Source: an uncultured Candidatus Micrarchaeota archaeon
GTDB taxonomy: Archaea; Micrarchaeota; Micrarchaeia; Norongarragalinales; CAINOH01
Direction: 5' to 3'
Assembly (NCBI GenBank): GCA_903851445.1
Contig: CAINOH010000009.1
Location: 23,908 to 87,907, forward strand
DNA: 64,000 nt
The notes under the pieces are model-generated. The model worked only from the letters and a program-made list of their open reading frames with translations, searched no databases and was not told where the DNA came from. Of the stretch, positions 46,559 through 55,443 are shown in pieces (positions within the stretch are counted from its first letter, which is position 1; each line of letters begins with the position of its first letter). The translations under genes and the position numbers were made by a program.

Positions 46559-48382
46559 ATGTCTCGTCGCGGCCAGGGCGCATTTGAGTACCTTCTGATG
46601 CTTGGAGGAACAGTACTAATCGCAGTAGTAGTCATCATAATGGTACAAGGTTCCGCCCAGAACGCGAACAGCACGCTCAACGAGTCAACAAACGACTATT
46701 TGGCATACATAAATAGTGGAATCAACAATGCGATTGCAACCACTCCAACGCCTATTGTAACTGTTTTGCCTTCGTCAACCCCAACCACCAGCCCAACGCC
46801 ATCCTCAACTCCCACGGTAACTCCAATGCCTACCACTACCCCGACTGCAACGCCAACGGCTACTCCTACGCCCACATCAATGCCTACTACTACGCCAACT
46901 GCAACAGCTACCGCAACGCCAACTGCTACGCCCACACCCACTACGAGTCCGACGCCAATTCCTACTGCAACGTCCACGCCAACACCTACTGCTAACCCAA
47001 CAGCAACGCCAACCGCAACGTCCACGCCAACACCTACTGCTAACCCAACCGCAACGTCCACGCCAACACCTACTGCTAACCCAACAGCAACGCCAACTGC
47101 TACGCCCACTCCCACCGCAACCCCCGTGACAACTGGAAGCGCCATCATAACGACGAGCCCAGGAGGGGCGCAGGTAATGGTCGATGGCCAGCAGAAGGGG
47201 GTGTCAAGTCCTAGTCTCACAGTTTCTTCCCTGGCGCCGGGAACACACGTCGTGAGGGTTTCAATGCAGGGCTATTTTGACGCGTCGCTTAACGCTGTCG
47301 TACAACTCGGACAGGCCACGCCGGTGACGATTAGCCTCATCTCGCTCTCCGTCCCCACGCCAACACCGGTGCAGGTACCAGCAAGCCCGAAACTGACGTG
47401 CGATTACTCCTTTGCGGCTATCCCGCCGGTGACGAAGACTATCGCGCGGTCGGGAAGCGCCGCGGGAGTGCGCATCGGGTTCTCCGAGGATTTCGGCGCA
47501 ATCGCCACGAGCTTCGAACTCGTAAATCCCGCGAACGGCGCCTCAGTCAACGTGCTAGAGTCACGCAGCGGAGCGGGTTCGGCGTGGCAGTACACTGGCC
47601 AGGCTACCGCTTACGACGGTGGCGGTGCCCTCATCAACCAGGCAGCCGGCAACTCCCTCGGCTCCCAGTGGGGGTACCAGAGCGTGCTCAATGTGAACAC
47701 TTCGGCGACGGGAGTAACGGCATCGGCAGCGAACTGGGTCCCAAATCCTTCAGACACGCTCAACGGTGACGGAACGTCTCCCTGTGCGTCCCAGTATCCC
47801 CCGGCAGTCTTTGACCTCGGCAAGCCCTCGATGAGCGTCAGCGACATTGCGACGTCGCTGGGGACCGCACTCAACATCACGAGCACATATACGCTTCAGT
47901 CGACCATCGACCAATATTGGAAAATGTACGTTCCCGGCGAAGCAATCTACATGAACAGGCAGGTAGCCCGCGACGCCAACCTGCGCATGTACATCCTAGG
48001 ACCAGGCTGGACGGAAGGTCCCATTCGGCCGTACTACGACAATTTCACCATAGCCCACGCCACGTACGTGCGCCCTGTTCCACAGTGGGGGGTATGGATG
48101 ATTACCGCAGATGTCCAGTACACTGCGTTCGTGTGGAACGTGGGTGGAAAGGACGTCGGCGTCGTGCTTCCGGGCGCGAAGGGCTCCCAGCGGCTGGTGA
48201 ACAATACCTACTGCTCCAACGAGGCGGATTACAGCTGCGGCAGCATGGACTATGGTTTTTGGGAACAACTCGATCAGAGTTCCTCATATCCTAACGGGGC
48301 AATCCGCAGCTACTCCTTCGGCTACCTTGTCGGCTCGGTGCCCCAGCTTGAAGCCATCATAGGCAGGTCCATCACGGGTTAA
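46559..48382 (+). CDS. Large pilin-adhesin: class III signal peptide + Pro/Thr linker + PEGA domain + globular C-terminal domain
   Basis: MSRRGQGAFEYLLMLGGTVLIAVVVIIMVQG...; ~135 aa TPTATP-type linker; SPGGAQVMVDGQQKGVSSPSLTVSSLAPGTHVVRVSMQGYFDASLNAVVQ matches the PEGA motif; ~370 aa C-terminal domain. Confidence 0.7.
   Translation: MSRRGQGAFEYLLMLGGTVLIAVVVIIMVQGSAQNANSTLNESTNDYLAYINSGINNAIATTPTPIVTVLPSSTPTTSPTPSSTPTVTPMPTTTPTATPTATPTPTSMPTTTPTATATATPTATPTPTTSPTPIPTATSTPTPTANPTATPTATSTPTPTANPTATSTPTPTANPTATPTATPTPTATPVTTGSAIITTSPGGAQVMVDGQQKGVSSPSLTVSSLAPGTHVVRVSMQGYFDASLNAVVQLGQATPVTISLISLSVPTPTPVQVPASPKLTCDYSFAAIPPVTKTIARSGSAAGVRIGFSEDFGAIATSFELVNPANGASVNVLESRSGAGSAWQYTGQATAYDGGGALINQAAGNSLGSQWGYQSVLNVNTSATGVTASAANWVPNPSDTLNGDGTSPCASQYPPAVFDLGKPSMSVSDIATSLGTALNITSTYTLQSTIDQYWKMYVPGEAIYMNRQVARDANLRMYILGPGWTEGPIRPYYDNFTIAHATYVRPVPQWGVWMITADVQYTAFVWNVGGKDVGVVLPGAKGSQRLVNNTYCSNEADYSCGSMDYGFWEQLDQSSSYPNGAIRSYSFGYLVGSVPQLEAIIGRSITG
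46740..47147 (+). repeat. Imperfect tandem DNA repeats (36/48-bp units, acgtccacgccaacacctactgctaacccaac...) encoding the Pro/Thr linker
   Basis: Units begin at 46970, 47018 and 47054. These produce the antisense [12 protein letters not shown] at 46696..47220. Confidence 0.7.
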
Positions 48383-48439
48383 GGCTGTTCGTTGCGTACG
48401 GAGCGAGTGGGATGCATACGGGCAGCGACAAAGTTTGAG

Positions 48440-49510
48440 TCAGCGGAACGGCCGTTCGTTACGCCGCAGCCTGCGAAGCGACACCGCATCGGGCCCGACT
48501 TTTGCGCACAGCCGCGCGTACGCCACTTCGAGCTCCTTCGGGTCCATCGCAGCTCGCAAGTCCGCCTCAATCAGGATTGCAGGGTATGCATAGCGCGAGT
48601 TGCCCTTGCACAGGCCGCAGATTATCTTGCTTGCAGCTTCCGCTTTCGTGTAGTCGGAAAACTCTAGCCGGAGCGGCCGGTCGTATTTTACGGCCTTGAG
48701 GTATGTTGCTGCGGGGGTGGTGCGGCACAGGTCACGGCCCAAGTCCTGGCGTTCAATCCGCACAAGGCCACTGCGCTCATTCTCCTCCAACGCCATTGAA
48801 AGGAATGCCGAGTCGTTTGTCGATGACAGGGATTTTGCGTGCTCGGAATAGAAATCTGAAAGACTTTCGGATTTTCGCAAGGCATCTAGGTAGTTGCGGC
48901 TCTTGGTGTCCTTCACAACCCCAACAAGAGTTACGTCTGCTTCGCTGCACTCGGAGTACAAAAAGCGGTATTCCGCAAGCAGCCGTTCGAACCCGTCGAA
49001 CGCGGCCGAGTCCTTCGGCGGCCGGTCCTGCGGGTTTGGGAAGATGCTGCCGTCAAGGAAGACCATCGAAGGCAAGAAGAGCTTGACCGACTCCCTTGCG
49101 CGGCCGATTTCCGAGCGCAATCGGATTATCGAGTCGCGCTGCACCGTGTCGGACTCGTCAAACGAGTCAAGGAGCGCGGTCTCGAAGCCATCAAGCCCCG
49201 AAGGGTGGCAGGCCTTGCGGCACACCAGGCCGTTCTCGTAGCCGAATGCCGTGCACACGGCGCGGAAGAGCACGAGCTCACAGGACTGGTAGGTTTCGGA
49301 AACTATGCCGCCATCTATTGCCGCGATGGTGCCGGAAAAACTTGCGTTCGGCTCGCAGGGAACGATTGCGGGCTCGCCAAGCAACGCGGCCTCCGGGGCG
49401 GTTGCCTGAGATTTTCGCAAGGCGCTTGCCGCAGCGGATAGGCCGGACTCTAGCGTGCGTATCCTTGCTATCACCTCTGAGGTGTTGTCCTTCAACATTG
49501 CCGAGAGCAC
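48440..49510 (-). CDS. NurA-like nuclease domain protein (tentative), orphan
   Basis: IAAIDGGIVSETYQSCELVLFRAV resembles the NurA N-terminal catalytic Asp motif ((I/V)AA(I/V)DGS). No herA/mre11/rad50 adjacent. Confidence 0.4.
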   Translation of the reverse strand: MLSAMLKDNTSEVIARIRTLESGLSAAASALRKSQATAPEAALLGEPAIVPCEPNASFSGTIAAIDGGIVSETYQSCELVLFRAVCTAFGYENGLVCRKACHPSGLDGFETALLDSFDESDTVQRDSIIRLRSEIGRARESVKLFLPSMVFLDGSIFPNPQDRPPKDSAAFDGFERLLAEYRFLYSECSEADVTLVGVVKDTKSRNYLDALRKSESLSDFYSEHAKSLSSTNDSAFLSMALEENERSGLVRIERQDLGRDLCRTTPAATYLKAVKYDRPLRLEFSDYTKAEAASKIICGLCKGNSRYAYPAILIEADLRAAMDPKELEVAYARLCAKVGPDAVSLRRLRRNERPFR

Positions 49511-49643
49511 CCGGGCGCGTTTTTACAAGCCGGACCTAGATGACTTGACGGGATTGTAATTTATTACGGACTGCCAGGGGCGGTTTCCAGTGATTATACC
49601 CCCCTGCACATCGTTTATATCCCCGCGGCGAATGTTGATATTT

Positions 49644-50096
49644 ATGCCCAACCACGGCCAAGGCGCCTTCGAATATCTCCTGATGCTTGGCGGCGTCGTG
49701 CTCGTCGCAGTAATCGTCATAATCATTATGCAGGGTTCGGCTTCCGGGGCAAACAACGCGCTGAACACATCCGCTTCGAGTTACGGCTCGTTTATCACGA
49801 CCGGCGTAGAGAACGTGCTTACGACGGGGTCGGTGAATGGGGCGTCACTCGTTAAATTGACCTGCACCGCAGGCACGGACACCAGCGATATGATTAGCAA
49901 CAATGTAAACTGCAACTCGGCGTGCCAGGCCGCAGGGTATTCAAGCGGGACGACGGTATGCGCCGTCCCTGGCTGCAGCGCGTCATGCAAAAACTGCAGG
50001 CAGATTTCCTGCTATGGCACAGCCTGGAACATAATCACCGACGACTGCTCCAAACCGGGTTCTTGCAAAATTGACAATTGCTACTGCTCCCCCTGA
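49644..50096 (+). CDS. Cysteine-rich pilin (class III signal peptide)
   Basis: MPNHGQGAFEYLLMLGGVVLVAVIVIIIMQGSASGANNALN...; 16 Cys in the C-terminal 90 aa. Confidence 0.65.
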   Translation: MPNHGQGAFEYLLMLGGVVLVAVIVIIIMQGSASGANNALNTSASSYGSFITTGVENVLTTGSVNGASLVKLTCTAGTDTSDMISNNVNCNSACQAAGYSSGTTVCAVPGCSASCKNCRQISCYGTAWNIITDDCSKPGSCKIDNCYCSP

Positions 50097-50168
50097 TTCA
50101 GCAAAGATGCCGGCTTTTTGATGCGCCTGCGGCGATTCCTTTTTATTGCCCGCGACAATGGTCTTTCT

Positions 50169-51728
50169 ATGAAGCTGCGCGGCCAGACTGCCCTTGAATA
50201 CCTGCTGATTCTTGCCGGAAGCATAATGATAGTCATCGTCACCTCAAGCGTGCTCAACGGCGTGATGGCACCCGGGATGGAAATCGTGGGCAACAACAGC
50301 ACGCCCCTGCTGTGGCCCCCGTCAGGTGAGTGCGGCCTTGCCGCAACCGTTTACGGTTCCTCTGCAACGGGATACTCCGGGGCCTTCTGCGCTGTTGGAA
50401 CGCCAAACCCAACCCCTGTTTTTCCACCTCAAGGCAGCTCGGTAACGTGGTTCTGTAATGTAACAGATGGCGGGTACAACGCGTCATGTTCAGCGTCAAG
50501 GGCAGCAACATCCACCCCGACGCCTACTCCGACACCATTACCAGTTAATGGTGCTTGCGGAATCAGCAGCGCATACGCACTCACGGCAACAACCAGCGGG
50601 CTCTGCTCAAGCGGAACGGTCTACTCATTCGCCGGCACGGGGCCGTGGACTTGGTTCTGCAATGGCACAAACGGCGGTACGGACGCGAGCTGCACAGCAA
50701 CAGTAATAGTGGACGGCACCTGTGGAACTTCAAACGGGGCAAACCTTACCGCAGCGCCAACAACAAACCTGTGCTCCAATGGGACTAATTCCAGCGTCTC
50801 CGGCACAGGACCGTGGACGTGGTTCTGCAATGGCACGAACGGCGGCACGAACGCCAGTTGCTGGGCAAACGTCATCATCAACAACGGCGGTGCCTGCGGA
50901 ACAGCTGCAAAGAGGTATGCGTACAATGTCACATCATATGGCACTGACACCATCTGCAATGCCGGAATCGCTTCTCCCTCCAGCCCGGCATTCCCAACCC
51001 AAGGAGCGTCAGTTTCTTGGAGGTGCATAGAAGTTAACCTGCCTGAAATTACGATTAATGTTTGCACAGCTTCAAGAGCAGCAGCCCCTGTTAATGGTGC
51101 TTGCGGCACTGCCTCAAAGACATATGTGTACACTGCCACCAGCTATGGAACGGACACGTTCTGCGCCAATGGCACCGCCAGCCCAGCAAGCCCGGCATTC
51201 CCGGCCCAAGGACAAACAATTCCTTGGACTTGCGTGGGAACAAACAACGGAACCAACGCATCCTGTTCCGCCACCAGGCCGGCCAAGATTAATGGTGAGT
51301 GTATAACTTCTGCCTACTTTTCAAACCTTAATGTTTTCAGCTGCGGATATTCCGAAATGCACGATAAAATCGGCAGCCCCGTACTCAGTTGGTGCGTGGC
51401 TGGAAGTATGACTAGTTACACTGGCGGATATACTGGACCTTGGACATGGAAATGCCTCGGAGCATACGGCGGAACCAATGCGTCCTGCTCTGCCTCTCAT
51501 ACAAGTGAATATCATCCGAGTTTTACTTGCGGTTACTCTGGACGCACAACTGCCGCTTGCGTAGCCGCCGGAGGGTACGTTGACTGGTCCGTGTGTGACG
51601 GTTGCGGGTTCTGCAAAAGTTACAGTGCAGCACGTGGTTCGGGCTACTGTGATTTCCTGACAATTGCTAATGTTCCTGCTATTCCTTATGGTTATTTTGA
51701 TAATGGCGTATATTGGGGTTGCATATAG
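50169..51728 (+). CDS. Large pilin-adhesin with six tandem Cys4 repeat modules
   Basis: MKLRGQTALEYLLILAGSIMIVIVTSSVLNG...; modules of ~55-65 aa, e.g. NGACGISSAYALTATTSGLCSSGTVYSFAGTGPWTWFCNGTNGGTDASCTA, repeated six times. Confidence 0.65.
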   Translation: MKLRGQTALEYLLILAGSIMIVIVTSSVLNGVMAPGMEIVGNNSTPLLWPPSGECGLAATVYGSSATGYSGAFCAVGTPNPTPVFPPQGSSVTWFCNVTDGGYNASCSASRAATSTPTPTPTPLPVNGACGISSAYALTATTSGLCSSGTVYSFAGTGPWTWFCNGTNGGTDASCTATVIVDGTCGTSNGANLTAAPTTNLCSNGTNSSVSGTGPWTWFCNGTNGGTNASCWANVIINNGGACGTAAKRYAYNVTSYGTDTICNAGIASPSSPAFPTQGASVSWRCIEVNLPEITINVCTASRAAAPVNGACGTASKTYVYTATSYGTDTFCANGTASPASPAFPAQGQTIPWTCVGTNNGTNASCSATRPAKINGECITSAYFSNLNVFSCGYSEMHDKIGSPVLSWCVAGSMTSYTGGYTGPWTWKCLGAYGGTNASCSASHTSEYHPSFTCGYSGRTTAACVAAGGYVDWSVCDGCGFCKSYSAARGSGYCDFLTIANVPAIPYGYFDNGVYWGCI

Positions 51729-51889
51729 AGTTCCGTTCTTTTTGGCTGAGATTTTACCTCGGGCTTTTGCCTTATTGTAGTGTGAGGGTCTCAATCTCCT
51801 AAGCACTGGCTCGTGTGCAAATAAATCGGCTACATCTCAAACCGCGCAACCTGCGCGGCATTTTTATTGCACGACTGCGTCTAGTGCAT

Positions 51890-52246
51890 ATGGTCGAATA
51901 CAAGCAAGCGATAATCCTCCGCTCGGACCTTGGCATGGGCAAGGGAAAGCTCGTTGCACAGGGCTGCCACGCAAGCATTGACGCGTTCGAGAAGGCGCGG
52001 TCCTCAAAGTCAGATTGGGTTGAGGAGTGGAAGGAAGGCGGCTGCAGGAAGATTGTGGTTAAGGTACAATCCGAGCGCGAGCTTGTCGAGGTTTTTATGC
52101 GTGCAAAGAAGGCAACGCTGCCCTGTTCGCTTATTTCCGATGCCGGCCACACGCAGGTCGAGCCCGGAAGCAAGACTGCTGTTGCAATCGGCCCGGCGCC
52201 AGAAGAAGAGATTGACAAGATTACCGATAAGCTCAAGCTCCTTTGA
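51890..52246 (+). CDS. pth2: Peptidyl-tRNA hydrolase, archaeal/eukaryotic type (Pth2)
   Basis: MVEYKQAIILRSDLGMGKGKLVAQGCHASIDAFEKA...AIGPAPEEEIDKITDKLKLL matches PTH2. The internal ATG is chosen over the GTG at 51815. Confidence 0.85.
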   Translation: MVEYKQAIILRSDLGMGKGKLVAQGCHASIDAFEKARSSKSDWVEEWKEGGCRKIVVKVQSERELVEVFMRAKKATLPCSLISDAGHTQVEPGSKTAVAIGPAPEEEIDKITDKLKLL

Positions 52247-52279
52247 ATTTTAGCTGCGGCCGACAACAAGCACAATTCA

Positions 52280-52552
52280 CTACTTATCACCGTCTTCCTG
52301 CTGCCAGAGCGCGCGCTTTTTGTTGATTAGCTCCTTGGAAAGCTGGCCAAGCAGGGAACTTACGCGCAAAGCCTCATCCGGAGAAAGCCGGAAGCCAACG
52401 GTTCCAACTGTGTTTGCGATTCGGAGCGTAATCGTGCCGTCGCGCGGGTAGCCGTTGGCGGAAGTCGGCTCGGCGGTCTCGAGCTTGAGCGCGCTCTTGT
52501 GCGACACGCCGTCGTCGTCCTTGTACCAGTGCACCAGCTCGTCCTCAATCAT
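52280..52552 (-). CDS. Hypothetical small protein (90 aa)
   Basis: ORF only; acidic N-terminus, no motif recognised. Confidence 0.3.
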   Translation of the reverse strand: MIEDELVHWYKDDDGVSHKSALKLETAEPTSANGYPRDGTITLRIANTVGTVGFRLSPDEALRVSSLLGQLSKELINKKRALWQQEDGDK

Positions 52553-52671
52553 TGCAATGAATTCACTTTTTTGGGTGGGTTACAATGAGCACCGAAAAAG
52601 CGAATATAAACAAGGCGGGGGCGCGTTTCCGGTGAAAACGCCTTGGATTTTTGGCTTCCGCGCGCCCAAAA

Positions 52672-53229
52672 TCACTTTCGGTATCCTGCAATCTTGGCCT
52701 TCTCGCTTGGCTTTGTCACTCGCTTTCCAACATAGTAGTTTACCGTGCGCTCGCCGAAGGCCTGCGCGCGGACAAAGTCGACCTCGTCAAGCCGGCCCTT
52801 TCCCAAAAAGGACAGGTTGCCCTTGACGTTGAGCGTGAGCGTGTTGCGGACTACTGCGCCGCGCTTTTCAAACTCTGCCGCAACCTGCTTGAAGGCCCCG
52901 CGAGACGGCTTCGAGTTCGAGCAAAGTGCGAATGGCGCGACGTTCCTTCCCTGCCAGCCAAAGCCCTTGGTTTGGGCAAAAAGGTCGTGCTTGGAGAACA
53001 TGTGCGCAAGGTCGGCCCCGACAAAAAACAGGTCGTAGAACCCGTCGGCAGGCAGGTAGCCCGAGGCGGCCCACTGAGAATAGGACATGAGCGCGGCTTC
53101 TGCACCCGCGATGGTTGCGCCCGCGTGAACCGCCCGGGCTACTGGAAGGAGCCGGGCATCAGCCTCGAAATAAAGCACCAGGGCGCGCACGGCCATAGTC
53201 AGCACGAACCTCCGCTCAAACATCAACAC
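52672..53229 (-). CDS. Hypothetical protein (185 aa)
   Basis: Consistent codon usage; no family recognised. Confidence 0.35.
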   Translation of the reverse strand: MLMFERRFVLTMAVRALVLYFEADARLLPVARAVHAGATIAGAEAALMSYSQWAASGYLPADGFYDLFFVGADLAHMFSKHDLFAQTKGFGWQGRNVAPFALCSNSKPSRGAFKQVAAEFEKRGAVVRNTLTLNVKGNLSFLGKGRLDEVDFVRAQAFGERTVNYYVGKRVTKPSEKAKIAGYRK

Positions 53230-53255
53230 CTGTTTTTTCCCTAAAGCCCTAAAGA

Positions 53256-53975
53256 TTATGCCGTGCTGGCTGCAGCCGGCCGCACTAGCGAGTAGGCGCG
53301 CTCGACTTTGAGCTCGGAAAAGTCCGCGCGCTCCGACGCCCAGTCAAGGAGCGTGGTAAAGGCCACGTAGGACACGGCAATCCCGGCTGCGAACAACAGC
53401 CGCTCGTACGCCGTGACGGGCATGAGTGCGGCCCACTGCGCCGCGGTGTACGGGAGGGAGTAGGCGAAGATGACCGAGCCTATTGCGTGCGCCGTGAAGG
53501 TGGCGCCCAGGCTGCGTGCAACAAGGTTTTTGCTCCAGCCGGCAACGCGGACAACTACAGGAATGAGCCAGTAGAGCGAGTAATACCACGCCTGCGCGCC
53601 TGCCGGGGTCATCATAAATAGCGCCATGCAGGCAAGGGGCACGCCGATCCCAACCGCGTCAAACCTCTTGGTGTCTATGCGGGCAAAATAGTATGCCGCA
53701 AAGAGCATTGTTGAAAGCCGCAGTACGTTCACAAGGGTAATCGCCTTTCCAAGGAGCACGAAATTCACCACCTGCGAAGCCAGAAGCGCAGCGAGGCCCA
53801 GGCCCAGGCCTAGGAACGCCGCGACTATGGGGCCGAAGAACTGGAAGAGCGTAAAGTAAGCCGCATTCGAGCCTATGACTGGCGCGAAGTTGATCTGCTC
53901 GGCAATCGCCGCGAACACCGCAAAGAGGCACAAGAACAGGAGCTTGCGCTTCGTAAGGCCCATTGGCAAATCCAT
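53256..53975 (-). CDS. Polytopic membrane protein; possible small-molecule (vitamin/ECF S-component-like) transporter
   Basis: Six to seven TM helices, 239 aa, 73 nt downstream of folC on the same strand. The functional guess is contextual only. Confidence 0.4.
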   Translation of the reverse strand: MDLPMGLTKRKLLFLCLFAVFAAIAEQINFAPVIGSNAAYFTLFQFFGPIVAAFLGLGLGLAALLASQVVNFVLLGKAITLVNVLRLSTMLFAAYYFARIDTKRFDAVGIGVPLACMALFMMTPAGAQAWYYSLYWLIPVVVRVAGWSKNLVARSLGATFTAHAIGSVIFAYSLPYTAAQWAALMPVTAYERLLFAAGIAVSYVAFTTLLDWASERADFSELKVERAYSLVRPAAASTA

Positions 53976-54048
53976 AGTTACAAAACCCCCCTAAAACTGG
54001 CTGAAAAGAAAGCAAGTATTGTATAGGGAGAAACGGCAAATATTAACC

Positions 54049-55410
54049 CTATTGTTTATTTTTCTGGAAAGCCGGCGCGGGCAAAAGTGCCGCCTTTACT
54101 TCGCCCACCAGGTAAAGCGAGCCTGCCACCAGCACCATCCCGTTTTCCTTTTTTGCAGCAGCCACAGCAGCATCCAGCGCGGCCTTTGCAGATGGAAATT
54201 CGGCCACGCCCCCCGCGCCGGCCGCTCTTGCTGCGTCCGCCACCCTCTTTGCCGTCGCGGTCCGGTGGTAGGCAACAGGAGCCGCATAGAACGCTGCTGC
54301 TAGCGGCGCCAAAATCGCCACCGCAGCCTCGACATCCTTGTCATCCATCATGCCGCAGACTTGGAATATCTTCCTGTCGGGGAAAAGCGCGGGAATGGAT
54401 TCCGCAAGCGCGCTTGCGCCATCCACGTTGTGCGCGCCGTCAAGGACAAGAAGCGGCGGCCCTCCCGACACGACTTCAAGCCTGCCGGGCCATGCCGCAT
54501 TTTTGAAACCCGCGACCATCGCCTCCTGGGAAATCTTCAGCGTGCCCTGCCCGTCAAGCTTTGATAGCGCAGCATCCGCAACAGCCATGTTGAAGCACTG
54601 GTATTTTCCCAGAAGCCGGGAGGAAAGCAGCGTAGTGCCTAACTTTGATGAGACCTCAACTTGGGTTCCTGAAAGGGAAACGCTCCTTTCGATAAATGAA
54701 AAATCGGTCTTGTTGGCTGCGCCGCTTGCACCTACGACAACAACCTCGCTTTTCTTTTCGCCTGCAACCCTCCGGATTACCTCAAGCGCAGCCCCTTCGC
54801 AGCCGGTGATTACCGGCCTGCCGGGACGGATGATTCCCGCTTTCTCCGAAGCGATTTTTTCAACCGTGTTGCCAAGAGCCTCAGTGTGCTCAAGAGAGAC
54901 GCGCGTGATTACCGAGAGCGCCGGCTCTGTCACGTTGGTCGAATCGAGCCTGCCGCCCATCCCAATCTCAATGACCGCAAAATCGGCCTTCGAGTCAAGG
55001 AAGAGCTTCAGCGCAACAGCGGTGTTGACCTCGAACTGGCTGAGCTTTTCAGCGTGAGTGCGGTTGTATTCCTCAACAGCGGATTTTGCATCCAGGATTA
55101 TCCGCGCAAAATCCGGCCGCAAAATATCCGAGCCGTTGATGCTTATGCGCTCGGTGTAGTCGACAAGGTGCGGCGAGATATAGCGGCCGGTCCTGTACCC
55201 GGCGGCTCGTATTGCGGACTCGCAGAATGCCGAGACCGAGCCCTTGCCGTTGGTGCCGGTCACAAGAATGCATGGAACTGTCTTGGGGTCAAAGCCAAGG
55301 ATGCCGCACAACTCGTGCATAGGCGTTAGCGTCCACTCGCTCTTTGCAGGCAGCGACTCAAGAAAGGCTATTGCTGCCGAGTAGTCGTCAGGTTGGAAGC
55401 CCATTGGCAA
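54049..55410 (-). CDS. folC: Folylpolyglutamate synthase/dihydrofolate synthase (Mur-ligase family, FolC)
   Basis: P-loop ILVTGTNGKGSVSAF, RYISPHLVDYTERI, Mur-ligase central and C-terminal domains (LLVLDGAHN). Confidence 0.8.
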   Translation of the reverse strand: MPMGFQPDDYSAAIAFLESLPAKSEWTLTPMHELCGILGFDPKTVPCILVTGTNGKGSVSAFCESAIRAAGYRTGRYISPHLVDYTERISINGSDILRPDFARIILDAKSAVEEYNRTHAEKLSQFEVNTAVALKLFLDSKADFAVIEIGMGGRLDSTNVTEPALSVITRVSLEHTEALGNTVEKIASEKAGIIRPGRPVITGCEGAALEVIRRVAGEKKSEVVVVGASGAANKTDFSFIERSVSLSGTQVEVSSKLGTTLLSSRLLGKYQCFNMAVADAALSKLDGQGTLKISQEAMVAGFKNAAWPGRLEVVSGGPPLLVLDGAHNVDGASALAESIPALFPDRKIFQVCGMMDDKDVEAAVAILAPLAAAFYAAPVAYHRTATAKRVADAARAAGAGGVAEFPSAKAALDAAVAAAKKENGMVLVAGSLYLVGEVKAALLPAPAFQKNKQ

Positions 55411-55443
55411 AACCGATAACTGGTCTTTGCACAGGCGGATTAA

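Noticed and set aside
46696-47220. ORF encoding a VGVGVAVGV... repeat protein (and the similar 58519..58818 plus-strand ORF)
   Set aside because: It is the reverse-complement reading of the Pro/Thr-linker tandem repeats of the pilin-adhesins. The sense frame carries a proper class III signal peptide and globular domains.
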